Part shown: positions 59,106 through 63,858 of the stretch, in pieces | Layout of the letters: each line of letters opens with the position of its first letter | Position numbering within the stretch: the stretch's first letter is position 1 | Assembly (NCBI GenBank): GCA_051294375.1 | Contig: CM119267.1 | Coordinates: 17,464,937-17,528,794 of the forward strand | Reading direction: 5' to 3' | DNA length: 63,858 bases | From: Paraspadella gotoi | Taxonomy: Eukaryota > Animalia > Chaetognatha | Notes under the pieces: generated by a model | The model's database searches: none | What the model was told of the DNA's origin: nothing | What the model saw: only the letters and a program-made list of their open reading frames with translations | Position numbers and translations under genes: made by a program

Positions 59106-62100
59106 CATTTTGATTTGATAGACATTTCTCGGGAAGAACAATTAGTAGGAGATTAACGTTTACACCCAGTAAAAGAAGCATTGTCAGGCTTCTTCAATTC
59201 ACGGGTTACAAAAATAAAAATTGAGAAAAATTTAAGAATTAGTTGGCGGAACAACAATCTCAAAATATTATGACTAATTTGAACCGAATAAAGATAAATG
59301 ACTTTTTAATAAAAGTATTAAAAAATAGTTTGGTCAATCAATCGAGTCATAGCATACATGAAAATGTGACATAATTTTCAATGATAAGCAGTATTTGTTG
59401 TTGCGGAGAAATTCTTTAAGATCTATAAAAATAAACAGATTAAATATTTGACAAAGATAAAAGAGACGGACGTACGTCCAAAAAAATATTTTTATATTCA
59501 ACGCTTGTCTAACAACTATGACAAAAGAAAATAGTGATATAATTTTGTCTGTAGCTTAAATGTTTTTGTTTTCTCGTCTTCTCCAAGTAATTATTTTGGC
59601 TAAAAACTAATGGATATATAATGCATTTCACGTCGCTAATATTATACCATAAGATATTGAACTCCTCAGCTTTACATTTTTTTACTCAATCTTTCTAAGG
59701 CAATAACACTTCAAAATTTAAAAAAAAAGGGAGAAAAAAATATATAGTAGGATTTTGACCTTTTAATTGAATTGGTTTTTTCCCCCCGACATATAGCTTT
59801 TCTATTGACGCTTTTCTGGTTCTTATTTGAATTACGTAGATAAGAGCTCTGGAGAATTTAGCCATCAACTTAATCCAAGTGGAAAGTAAAGAGAATAGAA
59901 GAAAAGTCAATATATTCCATTTAAGGTATTGACAAAGCACTTTCAAGTTTTCCCTCCCTTAGATTAAGAGTCAATTACTGTAGAATTAAAAAAAATGTTT
60001 TTTTTTTTTAAATCGACCGAAAAAAAACACGTTTTTTCTCACGTTTTCACGCTCAACTGTCAAAAAAAAAAATAATAATAATAATAAAAATCAAAGTTCA
60101 CTAATAAGTCATATTGTATAATAAAAATTATTTTTAAGAAAAAATATAATCGAATTTTATACGAGACAAAGTCGCGTTTATTTTCAAATCAGACGTAAAC
60201 GAAAGTGAATGGAGCAAAGAGCGAAAATCGACAATAGCGAACGAGCGAGGAATGAATGAGGAATAAATGGGGCATGATGAGGAATGAATGGGGGGTATGA
60301 ATGAGGAATGAATGGGGCTGTATGAATGGACAGAATGAAAAACGATGGAATGGCGGGAAAAGAAAAACGAGAATGGAAAGAAGGGATGAAACCAAAGTAG
60401 AAAGGATCCAGAAGGAAAAGTCAACGACACGAAATGAGGAATATTTCATGGGCTGTGAGTGTGTGGGCGGGGGGCGGGGGGGGAGGGGAGAAAGGCGGGG
60501 GGTGAGGAGGGAGAAAGGAAGGGAAAAAGAAAAAACAAATGACGACGGACAAAATTCAAGAAAAAGGCCGTCAATCCATCATTCGAAAGACGTATTCCAT
60601 ACTGAAGAAAAAGTTTATAATGAATTTTGAAGAGAAAACAAAGAAAATACTCTCATAATAAAAAGAGAAAGAGTAAATTCAAAAATTACGTGTATATTTA
60701 TTAATTATTACTCTAACCTCATTGTATTTGTAGGAAGACTTTAAAAAAGTATTATGAGAAAAGTTTTGAGTGAAACTAATAAATAATCTCAAAGTCTCGG
60801 TGATAAAACTTACGAGAAATTTTGGCGGAGAGGCAACCGTGAAAAAAAATCGAGTTTTACCACAAATAAAAGTTTCTTTTTTCATTTTTTAAATTTATCT
60901 TTTTTTTTTAATTAAAAAGCATTTTCCGAATATAATTGTTAAAAAAAAAGTAAAAAAGTCAAGATTCTCGATCAAGACGAGATCGCGACGACGACAACGA
61001 CGACGACGACAAAAATGACGAAGACGTCGCTCAATCAATTTCGTCAAATTTTCCCCGTTGAAAAACTCATCCATAATCAACGCTAATGTCGATCTTTGAC
61101 CCTGAATTTCGACCACAAATCGAACGCAATCGATTTAAAGATGAAGAAGATAAGAGATATCGATAACGATGATAACAAGGGCAACGACGACGACGACGAC
61201 GACAAGGGCGCCGGTTGTCGGAACGTACATAAGTCAACGAAACCACACAAGAACACAGTTTTAAGTTTAAAACGATTGAGAATCCGGCGGTGTTAACTCG
61301 TTACAATATTAAACACTTCTTTTTTTTTATTCCTTTTTTTTAACCTTCCATTTTACCGGTTCTATGAGAANNNNNNNNNNTTTTATTCCTTTTTTTTAAC
61401 CTTCCATTTTACTGGTTCTATGAAAAATTTATTTACTGTTTATTTTTCTCATTTTAGTTATGACTAAAAAAGCTTTTTCTATTTTCCTTTTTCGGTTCCC
61501 GGGAATTTAGAGAGAAAAAAAAACTAAAAAATAATGTTTTGATTTAAATTTTATTTCCAAGCGAACGAATGGACACTTTTTTAATGAGGTAATTTTGAGG
61601 GAGATCGAGATCCGGCGCCGCCGTCTTTCGTTAGTCGCGCCCTTCGATCGATCGATCGATCGATCTGCTACTTTCGTCGTCTCCCTCGAACTCGTACCCT
61701 TAACTTCGCCGGCGACGGAAAGAAATCTTTTGTTTTAAAGACGACGTCGACGCGAGGGGTCACGCGCGCAGAGGTTCCGGGGGTGTGAAAACAAAGGGCG
61801 ATCGTCGGAAACGATTCCTCGACTCGATTTACTTTTTTTATTCCGGGTCATTACCGTCAGAGGGATTGAAACAAAAGAGGGAGAACGAGAGGAACTGAAA
61901 AAAAAAAAACAAAAGAGCGACGGGAATTTAATTAAATTAAAAAAACCCGGCGTGGACGAAATGGAGATTGTTCTTTCGGAACGTGAACGGAATTAACGAG
62001 GCGAGTGAAGTCCGGGGGATATTTTATCCGAGCCCGAGGCCGTCTTTATGGTTCAATCCTTTCTTTTTCAGATGGGCCGAGAGGAGTTAAAAGTTTAGGG

Positions 62101-63466
62101 TTGATTTTTTTTGAGTTAGGGATCGATTTAAAAAAAAAAAAAAAAAAAAAGGAATATAGTTCATCATTTACGACGATTTTTTAAAAAGAAAATCGTTATT
62201 CTTTCGGTAGATATTTTGGCTTTCTTTTTAAAGCTTAATTTGTTTTCCTGTTGAATAAAACCGCCATTTTTTTTTTCCAGCTTCGACGGAAGTGAAAAAA
62301 GGCAAATGAGAAACTCGTCCTCAGCGAGGAAGTAATCATAAAATGGGCTGCACGGAGGAAGGCGTTCTCGGGATTCCGGGATCGAAGCTTCTCTGCGAGA
62401 GCAAAGTGAGAATCCGCGCGCGAAGATCGAAAGCGTAAACAAAACGAGGGGGGGGGATAACAAAGGAAGGATGGAGAGAATGAAGGAGACGTGAAAAGGG
62501 AGGAATGAAAGAAAAATCACGAGAAAGAGAAAAAAAATTTTAAGGATAAAATTGTAATGGTTGTTTGAAATACTGGCGTTGTGGAGGGAAGTGAGGAAAG
62601 TAAAAAACCTTTCTGGATAAGGAAAGTATAAAAAAATAGAATAAGTCAGAATAAGGACTAAAACAGATTAAAACAGAAATAGTATGAGATAAGATTAATA
62701 GTATAGTATTATAAGTTTTAAAATTTAATATTTGTAAAACCAAAAACTAGAAACAAATTATTGAACCCTTTGCGGGAGGAAGATCGGGAGTTAATGGTTC
62801 TTTGATCGAAAAAACTTTTTCGAACTTTTGGTCTTTTTGTTTTGCAATAAACTTCGCATTCTCTATTACCTTTCGGACGGATTAGCAGCCACGTTTAAGC
62901 CAACCCTCATCTTTTTTCTTTTTTCATTTTTCTTTTATTTTACTTTTTTTTTGGTTTCTCCGATTTGTTTCTCGCTTTATGATGATTTTTGTGCTTTTTG
63001 TTTGTTTTTGTTTTTTATTTTTTGGCAAGGTTTAGATTTTGATTCTGCATTCTAATTTGAATAAAAAGCGCATCAGAAATGAAGCCATGGAAAAACCTTA
63101 GAATTTATAAATTTTGAAAGTGATAAGCTTAAAAATTTGAAATCTATTTGGTTTTTTCTTATAATTTTTATATTATTTATTTGTTTTTGTTGTTTGCTTT
63201 TTTTCAAAGGTCAATTTTGGTGGACTTTTTTTTTTTATCCAAACAAAAAAATGTCGTCTTAAATTCCTAGTGACGCAGTTCTGACTCACGGATGAGGTAG
63301 GGGGGCGGAGAGGGGGGGCGAAGGAAATTGCAGAAAAGGATCTTTGATCTTTGAGGTCGTTAAATGGAAAGACGAACCCATTCATGGATCGCTTTCCCTC
63401 TCGTTTACTTTTCTCTTTTTTTTGACGTGACTTTTTCTCCGTGTTTTTTTGGTCATTCATTAAGGT

Positions 63467-63517
<51 letters not shown>

Positions 63518-63858
63518 CTTTTTACCCTCTTACTTTCTTTTTCTCTCTTTGTTACCTTTCTTTTTTCTTATCTACTCTGAAATATTTCTTAACGAGATCA
63601 TGGAGCCCAACCAGCTTCTTAGGTGATTCATCAGATTTATTTAGGGGGGGGGAGAAGAGGAGGAAATGTAACTCCCTTTTCTCGGGCCTTTCCTTTTTTA
63701 ATTTTTCTTTTCACATTCAACACCTATTTCCTTATTTTTCTTTCTTTTTAATCTTATTATTCGTTACCGTCTTTTTTTTTCTACCTCATATCCTGTCCTT
63801 ATTTCTTTATATATTTCTTTCTTTTTTACCTTTTATACGTGATCGCTAAAAAGACACA

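Noticed and set aside
61321-61425. Direct repeat flanking a 10-N gap
   Set aside because: Typical unmerged contig overlap rather than biology.

Overview
Animal (invertebrate-like) draft-genome window: AT-rich, microsatellite-dense introns, GC/CpG-rich short exons and six N-gaps. Most ORFs in the supplied track are microsatellite or antisense noise. Manual splicing gives four genes. (1) A complete 34-exon NALCN sodium-leak channel gene (+, 5239-27751, ~2175 aa) with an all-acidic EEEE selectivity filter, two GC-AG introns, very degenerate donors and a long low-complexity tail. (2) An antisense gene nested in NALCN's largest intron (-, 19698-17211), predicted as signal peptide + 5 ankyrin repeats with 3 N-glycosylation sequons + one TM helix + basic tail, i.e. 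a possible type-I membrane protein with extracellular ankyrins. (3) A 129-aa four-TM MARVEL-like gene (+, 28932-30483). (4) An SLC22-type MFS transporter (-, 41506-31173, 5' end not located). Mobile DNA includes two solo-LTR-like TG...CA elements with exact 4-bp TSDs that carry a tRNA-derived A/B-box module, a perfect palindrome built from two copies of that LTR's left end, a Helentron/DINE-like family and foldback elements. About 9.2 kb (48200-57430) is an indel-riddled repeat of 35155-43680 plus 47268-48195 and is most likely an unpolished long-read or haplotype assembly artefact.
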